A stretch of 58,582 bases of DNA from a virus (lineage: Duplodnaviria; Caudoviricetes): positions 1 through 58,582 of IMG/VR virus record IMGVR_UViG_3300046167_000222, one strand, 5' to 3'. The position numbers and the translations under genes were made by a program. The notes under the pieces were generated by a model. It had not been told where the DNA came from. It saw nothing but the letters and a program-made list of their open reading frames with translations, and ran no database searches. Below are positions 1-9,156 of the stretch, piece after piece. Every line of letters begins with the position of its first letter. Within the stretch, counting starts at the first letter, position 1.

Positions 1-329
1 TTATCATCGATGTGAGGATCACCCATCCATAGCAAACCAATGGGTTCATCCGATTTCATCTGAATCGGTATCCATTTCTTTGCATCTTTATTAGCTTTGC
101 GTTTCTTGAACCGGCTATGAAGATGGTCAATCACTTCATCAATAGGGATGTCATCTTCTGGCAATGGCGGGATAGTGTATCGGCTGTCAGCAAAGTTTTC
201 TTTTGCTTTTTGAATACGGTTTTGAAGCGTTGCCAATGGTATACCGCTGGCTTCAGATGCTAACTTTAATGTGCCATGTGTGTCATATAACTTCTGGGCT
301 TCATCAAGTTGCTCTTTACTAAGTGTCAT
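1..329 (-). CDS. Metallophosphoesterase, N-terminal part (copy A, runs off window)
   Basis: Homologous to the 5' part of 33534..34550; ATG at 329. Confidence 0.85.
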   Translation of the reverse strand, partial: MTLSKEQLDEAQKLYDTHGTLKLASEASGIPLATLQNRIQKAKENFADSRYTIPPLPEDDIPIDEVIDHLHSRFKKRKANKDAKKWIPIQMKSDEPIGLLWMGDPHIDD

Positions 330-738
330 TACAATCCAACATAAGTTGTTTAAGGGCTGGACCACGCGTCTTTATTTGCTGATACCAGAGAGAATCTTCC
401 ATTTGGGCAGCAGCCTCGTTGAAGTCTCTATCCTCTAGCGCAGCAATTAACTTTTTGAAGCGCGAGAATCGAGGCCACCCAAGGTTGAACACCATCGATG
501 CAAGCACTAGCTGCGCTGGATCAGGCAGATCACGCCACCAATCCATGCGGTCATCAAGCTCATCGATAGCGACCTTAACGTCATCTGCAAGAATGACTTT
601 GGCTGCATGCTCTGAGATAGGTGTCTGAAGGTTATGCCCATAGCCGATTGTTGGAACGCCAACAGTGTCGGTATACATAGAAAGGCTCTTGCCCTCATGC
701 TTTGCAATGAGGTCAGTTAGCTCTGATACTATAATCAT
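319..738 (-). CDS. Endolysin, T4-type/GH24 lysozyme
   Basis: HEG..YTDTVGVPTIGYGHNL catalytic E-x8-D-x5-T pattern, plus FNLG and DSLW motifs. Confidence 0.9.
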   Translation of the reverse strand: MIIVSELTDLIAKHEGKSLSMYTDTVGVPTIGYGHNLQTPISEHAAKVILADDVKVAIDELDDRMDWWRDLPDPAQLVLASMVFNLGWPRFSRFKKLIAALEDRDFNEAAAQMEDSLWYQQIKTRGPALKQLMLDCNDT

Positions 739-1076
739 TTCTTAAACATCTTTGTTAGCTGCTGAACACCGAAGCTGGCGGCAAACACAACACCAACGGC
801 TGTTTTGTAGAAGTCAGGCATTGACTGCAACGCATCGAAACCACGCTGCACGATGTCTTCATGCCCTGTGAATGCTAATATAAGGGGGATGCTTACAAGA
901 ATCGTAAGCCATTCGTCTTTCAAACTGGCGTTAGAATTTTTTGCCTGCTCTATATTCCAGTCTTGTTCGCCAGCAGCTACACGCTTGGCTACCTCAACCT
1001 TGGCCTTCTGTGTCTCAACCTTGCCTTGCATCCATGTGCCAGCAAGGGAGGCAACAGCATTAACAATAGCAATCAT
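735..1076 (-). CDS. Holin-like membrane protein
   Basis: Two hydrophobic segments, KDEW motif, basic C-terminus; directly upstream of the lysozyme. Confidence 0.6.
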   Translation of the reverse strand: MIAIVNAVASLAGTWMQGKVETQKAKVEVAKRVAAGEQDWNIEQAKNSNASLKDEWLTILVSIPLILAFTGHEDIVQRGFDALQSMPDFYKTAVGVVFAASFGVQQLTKMFKK

Positions 1077-1228
1077 TTTTTAAGCCACCGCTGCACTGTC
1101 TCCATCTCGTAGATGCGAAGCGCAGTCCATACAATAGTAAAGACAGCGGCTACTGGTGGAAGCATGTCTGTCACTGAACCCACCGTTGCGAATATTGCTG
1201 CACTGTCTAATAAATCTTTCTGATCCAT
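1073..1228 (-). CDS. 51-aa membrane peptide in lysis cassette (not in ORF track)
   Basis: MDQKDLLDSAAIFATVGSVTDMLPPVAAVFTIVWTALRIYEMETVQRWLKK. ATGA overlap with the next gene; conserved at 35295..35450. Confidence 0.75.
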   Translation of the reverse strand: MDQKDLLDSAAIFATVGSVTDMLPPVAAVFTIVWTALRIYEMETVQRWLKK

Positions 1229-1236
1229 GAGTTAAC

Positions 1237-1683
1237 CTACTGCATTAATGCATAATAGAAAACGCACATTATTACGCCACCGACTAAGAACACAGATACG
1301 CCAATAAGAATGTACTCAACGATTTCTTCTTGCCGTCTCTCTGCTTCAATCTGCTCTTGCTTTTTCTTTTTTCTTAATTCGCCTTGAATCTTTATTATCT
1401 GTTGCCAAGCATTCATGCCGTACTGACCAGTGATAAAATTACGAAGCTCGTTCTCCATCTGCTCTGCCTTTTTCATGGCTGCAAATGTTTCTAATGCTTC
1501 TTCTTCTACCGATCCAATGCGTCTGCCTTTTGCCTTAGAGTGGCCTTCCTTGACAGCGTTGATGCCTTGCATCCACCTACCCAAATCGCCAGCCATTTGC
1601 TCGATGTCACGCCCATGTTGAAAGGCAGAGCAAATAGCTTTGTATGCTGTGCTAGCAAGCGCAATTCCGGTGACTGGATCCAT
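1237..1683 (-). CDS. Hypothetical protein with coiled coil and C-terminal TM helix
   Basis: 148-aa ORF conserved in copy B. Confidence 0.75.
   Translation of the reverse strand: MDPVTGIALASTAYKAICSAFQHGRDIEQMAGDLGRWMQGINAVKEGHSKAKGRRIGSVEEEALETFAAMKKAEQMENELRNFITGQYGMNAWQQIIKIQGELRKKKKQEQIEAERRQEEIVEYILIGVSVFLVGGVIMCVFYYALMQ
1241..1252. promoter_or_regulatory. TGCATTAATGCA palindrome (putative operator)
   Basis: Perfect palindrome 13 nt upstream of the lysis cassette start; recurs genome-wide. Confidence 0.55.
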
Positions 1684-1688
1684 TCATG

Positions 1689-2054
1689 TTACGTCTTTGG
1701 ATTGTCGGCTTTGATTTGAGCAACATGGGTTTGCCATGCTTCAAGACCGTTTTCTGTAATATACTCAAGCTGGCTCTCTAATGTGCCGTAAGCTGCTTGC
1801 CTTGCAATAAGCCAAGCTGGTCTTTCATCGACTGGTTCTTCAGCAATAGGCTCAGGTTTAGCCGAGGCTGTGGAAGTGAAACCAACTGTTGCGAAACTAG
1901 GTGCAACGCCAGTCTTTGGTGCGTACTGTAGTGCCAGATCATCAAGATCAGCCTCCGTCATGCCTGAAGACAGAACTAACTCTGCCCAGCTATTATCTGC
2001 ATAGCGAACCTTTGCAATGCCGTCGTTAATTTCTTCAATGTTGTAAGCGGTCAT
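1689..2054 (-). CDS. Tail-associated hypothetical protein (possible fibre assembly chaperone)
   Basis: Follows the adhesin gene. The C-terminal R..AY...QL...W...IK..NPK pattern is typical of marine phage tail-region proteins. Confidence 0.6.
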   Translation of the reverse strand: MTAYNIEEINDGIAKVRYADNSWAELVLSSGMTEADLDDLALQYAPKTGVAPSFATVGFTSTASAKPEPIAEEPVDERPAWLIARQAAYGTLESQLEYITENGLEAWQTHVAQIKADNPKT

Positions 2055-3190
2055 GCCACTGCTCCTGCTAATGTGCCTGTGTTATTCATTGTGACGCTTG
2101 TGCCTAATACGGCCGATCCGGCTGCTCCACCCGATGAACCAGCAGAACCGTTTGTGCTATTTCCATTTGCGCCACTTGATCCACTTGATCCAGCTACGCC
2201 GTAGGCTGAGCCAGATGAGCCTGATCCACCGGCTCCAGCGTTATTGCTGGCAGATGCGCCACCCGATCCGCTTGCAAGTGTTTGGTTATAGCCCTGACCA
2301 CGCCCACCAGCCCCACCAGACCCACCAGTTGATGTTTGTGTTGAGTTGTATGTGATGTAAACAGGGTAATGGTAATAATACCCACTATCATTGTCACCAC
2401 TTCTATATGTCCAGTTAGATGCACGATACCAGTTATAAGGAGAATTATATGTTCCATAACCCTTTGGGGCGAACATTACTGCGCCACGCGCATAACTGCC
2501 TGTCTGAACGTAGTTGTTCCGAACATCATAAGAGTAACCATTATTCCATCGTACTTTCTTTCGGTTCAAATAATCGATTCGAAAATATGTGGATGTGTTA
2601 CCGCCAGTGAATCCAGATGAAGGATTGTAAGTGAGAGCGGTATAGCTTCCGTTGCCACCTGTGCCGCCGTTGCCGCCGCCGCCGCCACCAGCAAGCAAGC
2701 TACCAGCGTTGTTAATAGTTACGTTTGAAGCTGCGTTATTAATAGCGTGACCACCAGCCCCGCCGTTAGCTGCGCCACCCTTGCCAATGATCGAACCGTT
2801 GTTATTGATAACGAGAGTGCCAGCAAGAGTGCTTGGAATGTCTAGCGCATCGTCAGACACACCACCAATAGTAACGCCGCTGTTAATAACAATTTCTTTT
2901 GGATAATTTACAGCATAATCAGAGCCGAACAATGTGTCAGCATTTTGATCGGTTGATCCTGTAGTGTATGTAAACCGAAAGCCTTTGGCTTGGCTGCGAA
3001 AGTTTGTAAAGTTTATTGTGCCACTATCTGGCACAGTAGCCGCAAGATTTACACCAGTATTATCTGCGGCTTTAGAAAGAATGTTAGAGCCGCCACGGTA
3101 CAAATCAGAATAGCTTACAGCCGCAGAGCCTCCAACAAACTCTGAGCGCAAGTCGCTAAAAGATACTGAGCCTGATGCAGCAATAGCCAT
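2051..3190 (-). CDS. Glycine-rich receptor-binding protein, T-even gp38-adhesin-like (variant A)
   Basis: INNNGSIIGKGG, GGHAINN..INNAGSLLAGGGGGG and C-terminal GGAAGSAVLG..GTLAGAV resemble gp38 polyglycine motifs. Confidence 0.65.
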   Translation of the reverse strand: MAIAASGSVSFSDLRSEFVGGSAAVSYSDLYRGGSNILSKAADNTGVNLAATVPDSGTINFTNFRSQAKGFRFTYTTGSTDQNADTLFGSDYAVNYPKEIVINSGVTIGGVSDDALDIPSTLAGTLVINNNGSIIGKGGAANGGAGGHAINNAASNVTINNAGSLLAGGGGGGNGGTGGNGSYTALTYNPSSGFTGGNTSTYFRIDYLNRKKVRWNNGYSYDVRNNYVQTGSYARGAVMFAPKGYGTYNSPYNWYRASNWTYRSGDNDSGYYYHYPVYITYNSTQTSTGGSGGAGGRGQGYNQTLASGSGGASASNNAGAGGSGSSGSAYGVAGSSGSSGANGNSTNGSAGSSGGAAGSAVLGTSVTMNNTGTLAGAVA

Positions 3191-3405
3191 TACACAGATC
3201 CAAAACCAGTGATGTCATCAACCACAATTAATGCACCAGCAGTTGTTAGCTTAAATTTAGATGTGCCATTGTATTGAAACACCATGTCTGATCCAGACAG
3301 AGTTGCGCTCCATCCGCTTGGAAAGGCTGCTACATTATCTAATGCTCCGGCAACAACGTCACCATTGCTGTCAATAAGGTCAGCCATCAATCGTGCTTTG
3401 GTCAT
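3190..3405 (-). CDS. Small tail-associated protein
   Basis: 71 aa, translationally coupled to the adhesin; homolog at 37511..37726. Confidence 0.7.
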   Translation of the reverse strand: MTKARLMADLIDSNGDVVAGALDNVAAFPSGWSATLSGSDMVFQYNGTSKFKLTTAGALIVVDDITGFGSV

Positions 3406-3414
3406 TTACCTATC

Positions 3415-5916
3415 CTATCCAAAAACCACAAATTCAAGAACATCACCGGCAGCGGCTCCAGATGCCAGTGTTACGCTTGTTCCATTTGTTGCTGTGAAAT
3501 CAGAGCCGTTAATTAATTTTATGCCGTTCATAAACACTTGAATTAAACCCGCTGTGTACGAAACGGTAAAAGCAGTTTGTGCCGCTGTCGCTGTAGCATT
3601 GCTTTCCGTTAGAGAGAACGGATTAACAGACAGTGTTAATGTTTCGTTGCCACCAGCATTGTTAGTTGTGGCTGTAATGCCAGTGCCAGCAACAAGCTTG
3701 TTTCCAAGAACATCAGCGGTTGTGTCACTGGATGTAACTTTAAGTGTGCCACCACCAGCCGAAGCAGCGGCTTGACTTGCGCTTGCAGCCGCGTTTGTTT
3801 CTGATGTAGATGCGGCAGATGCCGAAGCAGCAGATGAGACAACATCAGCGTTTGTTGACACAACATCAGCATTTGTTGACACAACATCAGCCGCAGTTGA
3901 TGTAGCGTCTGATGATGCAGATGAAGCAGATGCAGCCGCATTTGTTTCAGAAGTGCTTGCCGCAGTAGCAGATGCCGCTGCGTTTGTCTCCGCAGTTTGA
4001 GCATCAGTGACTAACTGGTTAAGAGATGCCTCTTGAGTTGTGCTTACCTTTGTAAACACCTCCACATAAATCACATCACCAGCAGCGGCTCCAGAGTTTA
4101 ACTCTACACTGTTACCGTTAATATAATAATCGTTAGTGCTGCTTGTGCCTTCAACAAGCCGGATGCCATTGAGAAACACAAGTGTGTTTCCATTAGCAAA
4201 AATCGACATTGTGTTGCTGGCATCATCAGTGGTGAATGTTGTTTGCGCTGCCGTTGCAGTAAATATATGAGTGCTAGTCAAGCCTTGAAGGTAAGCACCA
4301 GCAACTTGGAATGACGATCCAACATAAACTTTTAATGCTGAATTTGCTGTGTCATACCAAAGATCACCCTCATCTGGAGATGATGGTGCAGATGCACTAG
4401 CAACAAACAAATCGTTAAATGAATTAACAGCAGTAAGTGATCCAGCAACAGTATCTACATTTGCAATCGAAGCTGCAACTGAAGTTACATTGCTATTAGA
4501 ACCAGCTACCGTGTTAATGTTACCAATGTTTGATGCAACTACAGCAAAATTACTTGTGACTGTAGTTATGCTATTGCCCATGCTGTTACCATGCACTGTG
4601 CAATAATAAAGAAGACCGCTAGACGGAGCCGCTGAATCAACAACAATTGTTACTTTTGCTCCTGCTTGCCCGGCAGTTCCAGTAACAGTAACACCTGTCG
4701 TGTAAGAGGTTGATCCATTCTTAAATGCCAATGGATGCCCAGCATTAGATGAATCTGACTGATCAAATATGTAAGTGTTGCCACGATCAAGCGTCAGTGA
4801 AGGGTTTGCTGATCCATCAAGAACAAACACACCGTTCGCAACGGTAACGGTGTAAGTCGTTACTGAAGATAATGCATTAGCTAGTGTTGTAACATCTGAG
4901 CTGATACCCGCTACTGTCGTTACATCAGAAGAAACACCAGCAACGCTTGTGACATTGCTATCAATTCCAGCTACCGTTGTAACATTAGCAGATATATTTT
5001 CTACAGCAGAAACATCTGCACTAATTCCTGCAACAGTTGTTACATCTGCACTAATTCCTGCAACAGTTGTGATGTCAGCATCGATACCAGCTACAGTATT
5101 TATGTTTGTTTCATTGCTTACAGCATTGTTAATGTTAGAAGCATTGCTAACAGCAGAATTAATATTAGTAGCATTGCTAACAGCAGCGTTGATATTAGAA
5201 GCGTTGCTTACGGCTGCGTTAATATTAGAAGCATTATTTACAGCAGAATTAATATTAGAAATATTTCCTGCAACAGTTGTTACATTAGCTGATATGCCAG
5301 CAACGGTTGTTACATCAGTTTTGATAGCAGCAGTGTCGCTAATAGCGTCAGTTGCTACTGTGCCATCTTCAATGTCAGCTAGCGTGGCAATGTCAGCAGC
5401 AGCCGCAGCAACAGTCGTCACACCAGCAGTAGATGGGCCGTTGACAAGATCGCCAGTAACCGCATCAAACGCAAGAACCTTACCAGCACGACTAGCAACT
5501 GTAGGCAATGTCAAATTTGCAGCCGCATCAGCATCAGTCAAACGAAGTGAGCGACCAACCTCATCATTAAGGTCAGCATTAATTGCTGTAATCCGATCTA
5601 ACTCCTCATTCAGAGAAGTAACATCGAATGGGCCAGACGTTGGAAAGTCTGTAGTACGCTCAAGAGGAATGCTTCTTGTTATAACAACAGTGCTGCCACC
5701 AGACGCACCAACAACCGTCATCGCAATCGAGCCTGTTGCCCCAGAACCACCAGTTACAGTGTAATCAGTCGTGATGGTTTTAAGTGTGCCGTCAACATAT
5801 GCGTTCAGATCGCCTTCTTCAAAGAACTCAAACGGCACAGTAAAGCTAGACTGTGTAACACCAGATGCCACAGTGTAGGATATTCGTGGTGAATTATCGC
5901 TCAAGTTAATTGTCAT
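3415..5916 (-). CDS. Tail fibre protein (variant A, 833 aa)
   Basis: T7-gp17-like N-terminal attachment region (FTVPFEFF..ITRSIPLERTTDF..SLNEELD), 10-aa Ala/Val/Thr repeats, GDLWYDT motif. Confidence 0.85.
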   Translation of the reverse strand: MTINLSDNSPRISYTVASGVTQSSFTVPFEFFEEGDLNAYVDGTLKTITTDYTVTGGSGATGSIAMTVVGASGGSTVVITRSIPLERTTDFPTSGPFDVTSLNEELDRITAINADLNDEVGRSLRLTDADAAANLTLPTVASRAGKVLAFDAVTGDLVNGPSTAGVTTVAAAAADIATLADIEDGTVATDAISDTAAIKTDVTTVAGISANVTTVAGNISNINSAVNNASNINAAVSNASNINAAVSNATNINSAVSNASNINNAVSNETNINTVAGIDADITTVAGISADVTTVAGISADVSAVENISANVTTVAGIDSNVTSVAGVSSDVTTVAGISSDVTTLANALSSVTTYTVTVANGVFVLDGSANPSLTLDRGNTYIFDQSDSSNAGHPLAFKNGSTSYTTGVTVTGTAGQAGAKVTIVVDSAAPSSGLLYYCTVHGNSMGNSITTVTSNFAVVASNIGNINTVAGSNSNVTSVAASIANVDTVAGSLTAVNSFNDLFVASASAPSSPDEGDLWYDTANSALKVYVGSSFQVAGAYLQGLTSTHIFTATAAQTTFTTDDASNTMSIFANGNTLVFLNGIRLVEGTSSTNDYYINGNSVELNSGAAAGDVIYVEVFTKVSTTQEASLNQLVTDAQTAETNAAASATAASTSETNAAASASSASSDATSTAADVVSTNADVVSTNADVVSSAASASAASTSETNAAASASQAAASAGGGTLKVTSSDTTADVLGNKLVAGTGITATTNNAGGNETLTLSVNPFSLTESNATATAAQTAFTVSYTAGLIQVFMNGIKLINGSDFTATNGTSVTLASGAAAGDVLEFVVFG
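3839..3891. repeat. 21-bp tandem repeat (about 2.5 copies, STNADVV)
   Basis: acaacatcagcRtttgttgac repeated. Confidence 0.85.
4880..5340. repeat. 30-bp/10-aa tandem repeats in tail fibre shaft
   Basis: INAAVSNASN-type and TVAGISADVT-type units repeated in the translation. Confidence 0.85.
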
Positions 5917-5931
5917 AGTAATCCTCTATCA

Positions 5932-5958
5932 TGCAGTAATGCAGTTTGCCACGCACAA
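5932..5958 (-). promoter_or_regulatory. TTGTGCGT motif plus TGCA-N4-TGCA palindrome upstream of tail fibre
   Basis: acgcacaa at 5951-5958 and tgcagtaatgca at 5932-5943; identical in copy B. Confidence 0.55.
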
Positions 5959-8900
5959 TTAACGGCGACCTGCGTTAAAGAAATCTCTTGCATCATCTCG
6001 CCACAACGGCAAACCAACAAACGGTAATGAGTAGCCTAAATCTTTAGTGGCTCCCACTCTGTCGCCTTTAAGATAACGATCCCAAAGACGATAATATTCC
6101 AAACCCAATCCAGCCGGTGCGCCTAACACTTCAGCAACCGCATCGCCCTGTCTTTCGCTAGGCGTTCCACTAATCCATTTAGGCGGGATAGGAGATGTAT
6201 TCTCGCGCATCATGCCAGTGTTAACTGCCATAGCCAGACCACGATAACCAATGTCAGAATACACACCTAAGATGCCTGAGTGATCTACAACTCTTGCCAT
6301 TGTCTCAATGCTATCTGCGTCTTTCCACCATGACTGATCTTTGAGTGACAAAGATAGGTAAGACATACCAAGCAATGCTGACACGCCCTGCAATCTGTAA
6401 GCCCTGCTTGGATCAGCAACCGCACCGATAATCTTGTTGTTTGCACCGAAGGCGAAGTTCATAAAAGTAAATGGCAGCGTCATAAGCTGGCTGTCCATAC
6501 GGACAAGAGCAGTCGAGCCAGTAGATGCTCGCTTGTCTATTGCGTACATCTTAGGAAAGACTTTGCGCATCTGTTGAAAGTATGCGTTGTCTTTCATATA
6601 CATCACACCATCCATAATACGCGGCTTGTCGAACGTAGTAGCCATGATGATGGTGTTGTTAGAGTGCGATGCGATAGCTGCCTGATACTGACGCACCGCT
6701 GCACGTTGTTGCGGCGTGTCTCTAGCCCAAGCGTCTGTGTTAGAATACACAAAGTCTTCTGACTGATGCTTGGTAACAGGAGCGTCAGCAATGATCTTAG
6801 CCATCTCCTCATCAATACCATAGCGAGCCAGATACTCACGATCAGTGGCGTTGATTGTGCCTTTTGACCATTTCTGAGACAGCTTGAAGAATTTATCCTG
6901 CACAACAATCTGATCCAGCAGCTTGCCGCTGACAGTCACAGGCATCAAACCATTCATTGTGTAATAGACTTTGTTACCAACAGCAGTAGCTTTTTCTAGC
7001 ATGTTAGGCTGAATGCGCTTGATGTTGTCAGACAAGATCTCTCTTGCAGCCACGTTGCGAGAGATGTCAAGCAACTCACCAGCAAGGTTAGCCTGCCGGA
7101 ATACACCAGCAACAAAGCCTGTGTCAGCTAGCGCAGCCGCACCAGCTTTGCCCACATCCTTGTACCCATGAGCAAGAACAATACTGCCAACATCAGTAAT
7201 AGCAGACACACCAGCACCACCAAGGTAAGTCCAACCTGTCCATGACTTGACTGCTTTAGCTAGCTGGTTATCCCAGCGATCAGGACGCTTAACAAAGTTA
7301 CCCATCACCCTGTCGTAGTCACCAACCATAGCAGCTTTGGCGTTGAGGATTTGATCCTCTGACAGCTTGCCTTTGCGCAACTCAGTCTCGAACGCATCCA
7401 TGACTTCATCGATTGTTTTGCCACCGTATGTTTCAGCGAATGCAATCTTCTTACCCATGCGTTCAAAGTAGCTGTAAAGAGCATCCTCATCTTTGATGAT
7501 GAACTCCTCAACCATCCACTCAGGTATATTGGTCTTGCGATCTTTAAGGTGCTTAGTGCTGCCACCACCAAATGACAGGTTCTCAAACTCATCAGCATCT
7601 TCTTCTAAAATCTTTGCAACAGTACGCTCTGCGTCTGCTCTGGTTGTGCCAGTGTATTTAGGATCAGGATTATTGTTGCGCTCGATAGTGTACCAATCAT
7701 CAAACTTTGCAGTCAGACGCTCTCTTGCTCCCTCATCTGAAAGCAACAGCTTCTTGTCGTAATAGATAGGAAATGCAAAATCTCTACGAGGTGGTGTATT
7801 GATTAATCCTTCAAATCCATCGATGTCATCTCTGAGCTTGTTGATTTCTCTGTCGAGGTCTGTAAGCAATTTGAATTGTTTTTTGGTTGCGCCTGCGTTG
7901 GGCTGTGCTTTAATTTTGGCTTCAAGCTCGGCCAGCTTTGTTGTCTTCTCATCCAGCTTTTTATTTGCAGCATCGATGCGTTCCTTTAGCTTTGCGTTCT
8001 TTGGGAACACACCAAAGAATGTGGCATCCTCACCAATCTCTTTGAATGATTTATCTAGCAACACGGCTGCATTCTTTTGGCTGTCAGTCATTGTTGCAGC
8101 AGCTTCTCTAGCAATACGAGGATTGCCAGAGTTTACTTTGACATGCTTGGTAATAGTGTCAGCAAGCCATGCATTATACTCTTTGTTATTACGGTAGAAC
8201 ACACCAGCAAAAGAGCTTGCCTTCTCACCTATGCCTATGTCTTGCGCATGCAAGTCACGCAATCCACGCTGCACAGAGTTAAACGCACCATAGTAAGGCA
8301 GGATGCGCTGCGCTAAAGACTGCGTTGCTTTGCCTTCCATGTTGCCTTTGGTTGCAATCGATGCATTGCTAGACATACGGATAGCAAGAGACTTTGCTCC
8401 CTCTGGCATAGCAGGATCAGCAAGAAACTTTTGCAAGTCATTGCTTAAAGGGTTGGAATATTTAAGGGTGCTATCACTGCCTTCTACAGCAGAGACATTG
8501 ACACTACCATCACTGCCCCATATGTGGCGTGACTGTTCACCATCCACAGAACGAATAACTTTATTCACTGTAGATTTAATCAATGGCTTAGCGTAGGTCA
8601 GACCCATGCCAAGCACAGGCGACAATGCAGTAGATGCTGCAATGTTAAGCGTAGATTCAAAGTCAGCATCAGCAACTTGAAACGGCTCTCTAATAATCTC
8701 TGATGTAGCACCACCAACAAAACCAGCAGCAGCAAACTTCATAGCTGTATTAAGCTTTGATGCGCCGCCAACCACGTTCAGGCCTGGAATGAAGCCGATC
8801 AGGAAGCTGGGTATGTCGCCAGCTATGTTGGCTGTCAGTGCGCCTTCTTCCATGATCTGGTCACGCTCTAGCGCAAGGTCAACTTCACCAATAAGAAAGT

Positions 8901-9156
8901 CCATATGCTCTTGGTTCTTGGCACGAACCAGATCATCATAGTACGGAAGATGGCTCTCAGGAATATTGGCAACAGCGTCATAGCTTTCATCTCGCACAAC
9001 ATTACTGAACCGCCTCATTTCCTCAAAGTGACCAGCAACAGGCAGGCGATCCGTAAAAGATGCTTTGAATGTTTCAGTCCATGATGGAGCAACGGCTCTG
9101 CCATCAGCAAAGCCGCTGTCCAATGTTATGAAGAAATCAGAAACACCATGATCCAT
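5959..9156 (-). CDS. Large internal virion (ejection) protein
   Basis: 1065 aa, helical; occupies the T7 gp16-like position just before the tail fibre. Confidence 0.65.
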   Translation of the reverse strand: MDHGVSDFFITLDSGFADGRAVAPSWTETFKASFTDRLPVAGHFEEMRRFSNVVRDESYDAVANIPESHLPYYDDLVRAKNQEHMDFLIGEVDLALERDQIMEEGALTANIAGDIPSFLIGFIPGLNVVGGASKLNTAMKFAAAGFVGGATSEIIREPFQVADADFESTLNIAASTALSPVLGMGLTYAKPLIKSTVNKVIRSVDGEQSRHIWGSDGSVNVSAVEGSDSTLKYSNPLSNDLQKFLADPAMPEGAKSLAIRMSSNASIATKGNMEGKATQSLAQRILPYYGAFNSVQRGLRDLHAQDIGIGEKASSFAGVFYRNNKEYNAWLADTITKHVKVNSGNPRIAREAAATMTDSQKNAAVLLDKSFKEIGEDATFFGVFPKNAKLKERIDAANKKLDEKTTKLAELEAKIKAQPNAGATKKQFKLLTDLDREINKLRDDIDGFEGLINTPPRRDFAFPIYYDKKLLLSDEGARERLTAKFDDWYTIERNNNPDPKYTGTTRADAERTVAKILEEDADEFENLSFGGGSTKHLKDRKTNIPEWMVEEFIIKDEDALYSYFERMGKKIAFAETYGGKTIDEVMDAFETELRKGKLSEDQILNAKAAMVGDYDRVMGNFVKRPDRWDNQLAKAVKSWTGWTYLGGAGVSAITDVGSIVLAHGYKDVGKAGAAALADTGFVAGVFRQANLAGELLDISRNVAAREILSDNIKRIQPNMLEKATAVGNKVYYTMNGLMPVTVSGKLLDQIVVQDKFFKLSQKWSKGTINATDREYLARYGIDEEMAKIIADAPVTKHQSEDFVYSNTDAWARDTPQQRAAVRQYQAAIASHSNNTIIMATTFDKPRIMDGVMYMKDNAYFQQMRKVFPKMYAIDKRASTGSTALVRMDSQLMTLPFTFMNFAFGANNKIIGAVADPSRAYRLQGVSALLGMSYLSLSLKDQSWWKDADSIETMARVVDHSGILGVYSDIGYRGLAMAVNTGMMRENTSPIPPKWISGTPSERQGDAVAEVLGAPAGLGLEYYRLWDRYLKGDRVGATKDLGYSLPFVGLPLWRDDARDFFNAGRR

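Noticed and set aside
4880-5340. CRISPR-like periodic repeats
   Set aside because: In-frame coding repeats without unique spacers; no cas genes.
4949-5764. Long plus-strand ORFs 4949..5764 and 40221..41186
   Set aside because: Antisense shadows of the Ala/Thr/Val-repeat tail fibre genes.
2051-5916. Diversity-generating retroelement acting on tail genes (as in BPP-1)
   Set aside because: No reverse transcriptase and no template/variable repeat pair with adenine-specific mismatches seen; the variation is whole-cassette replacement.
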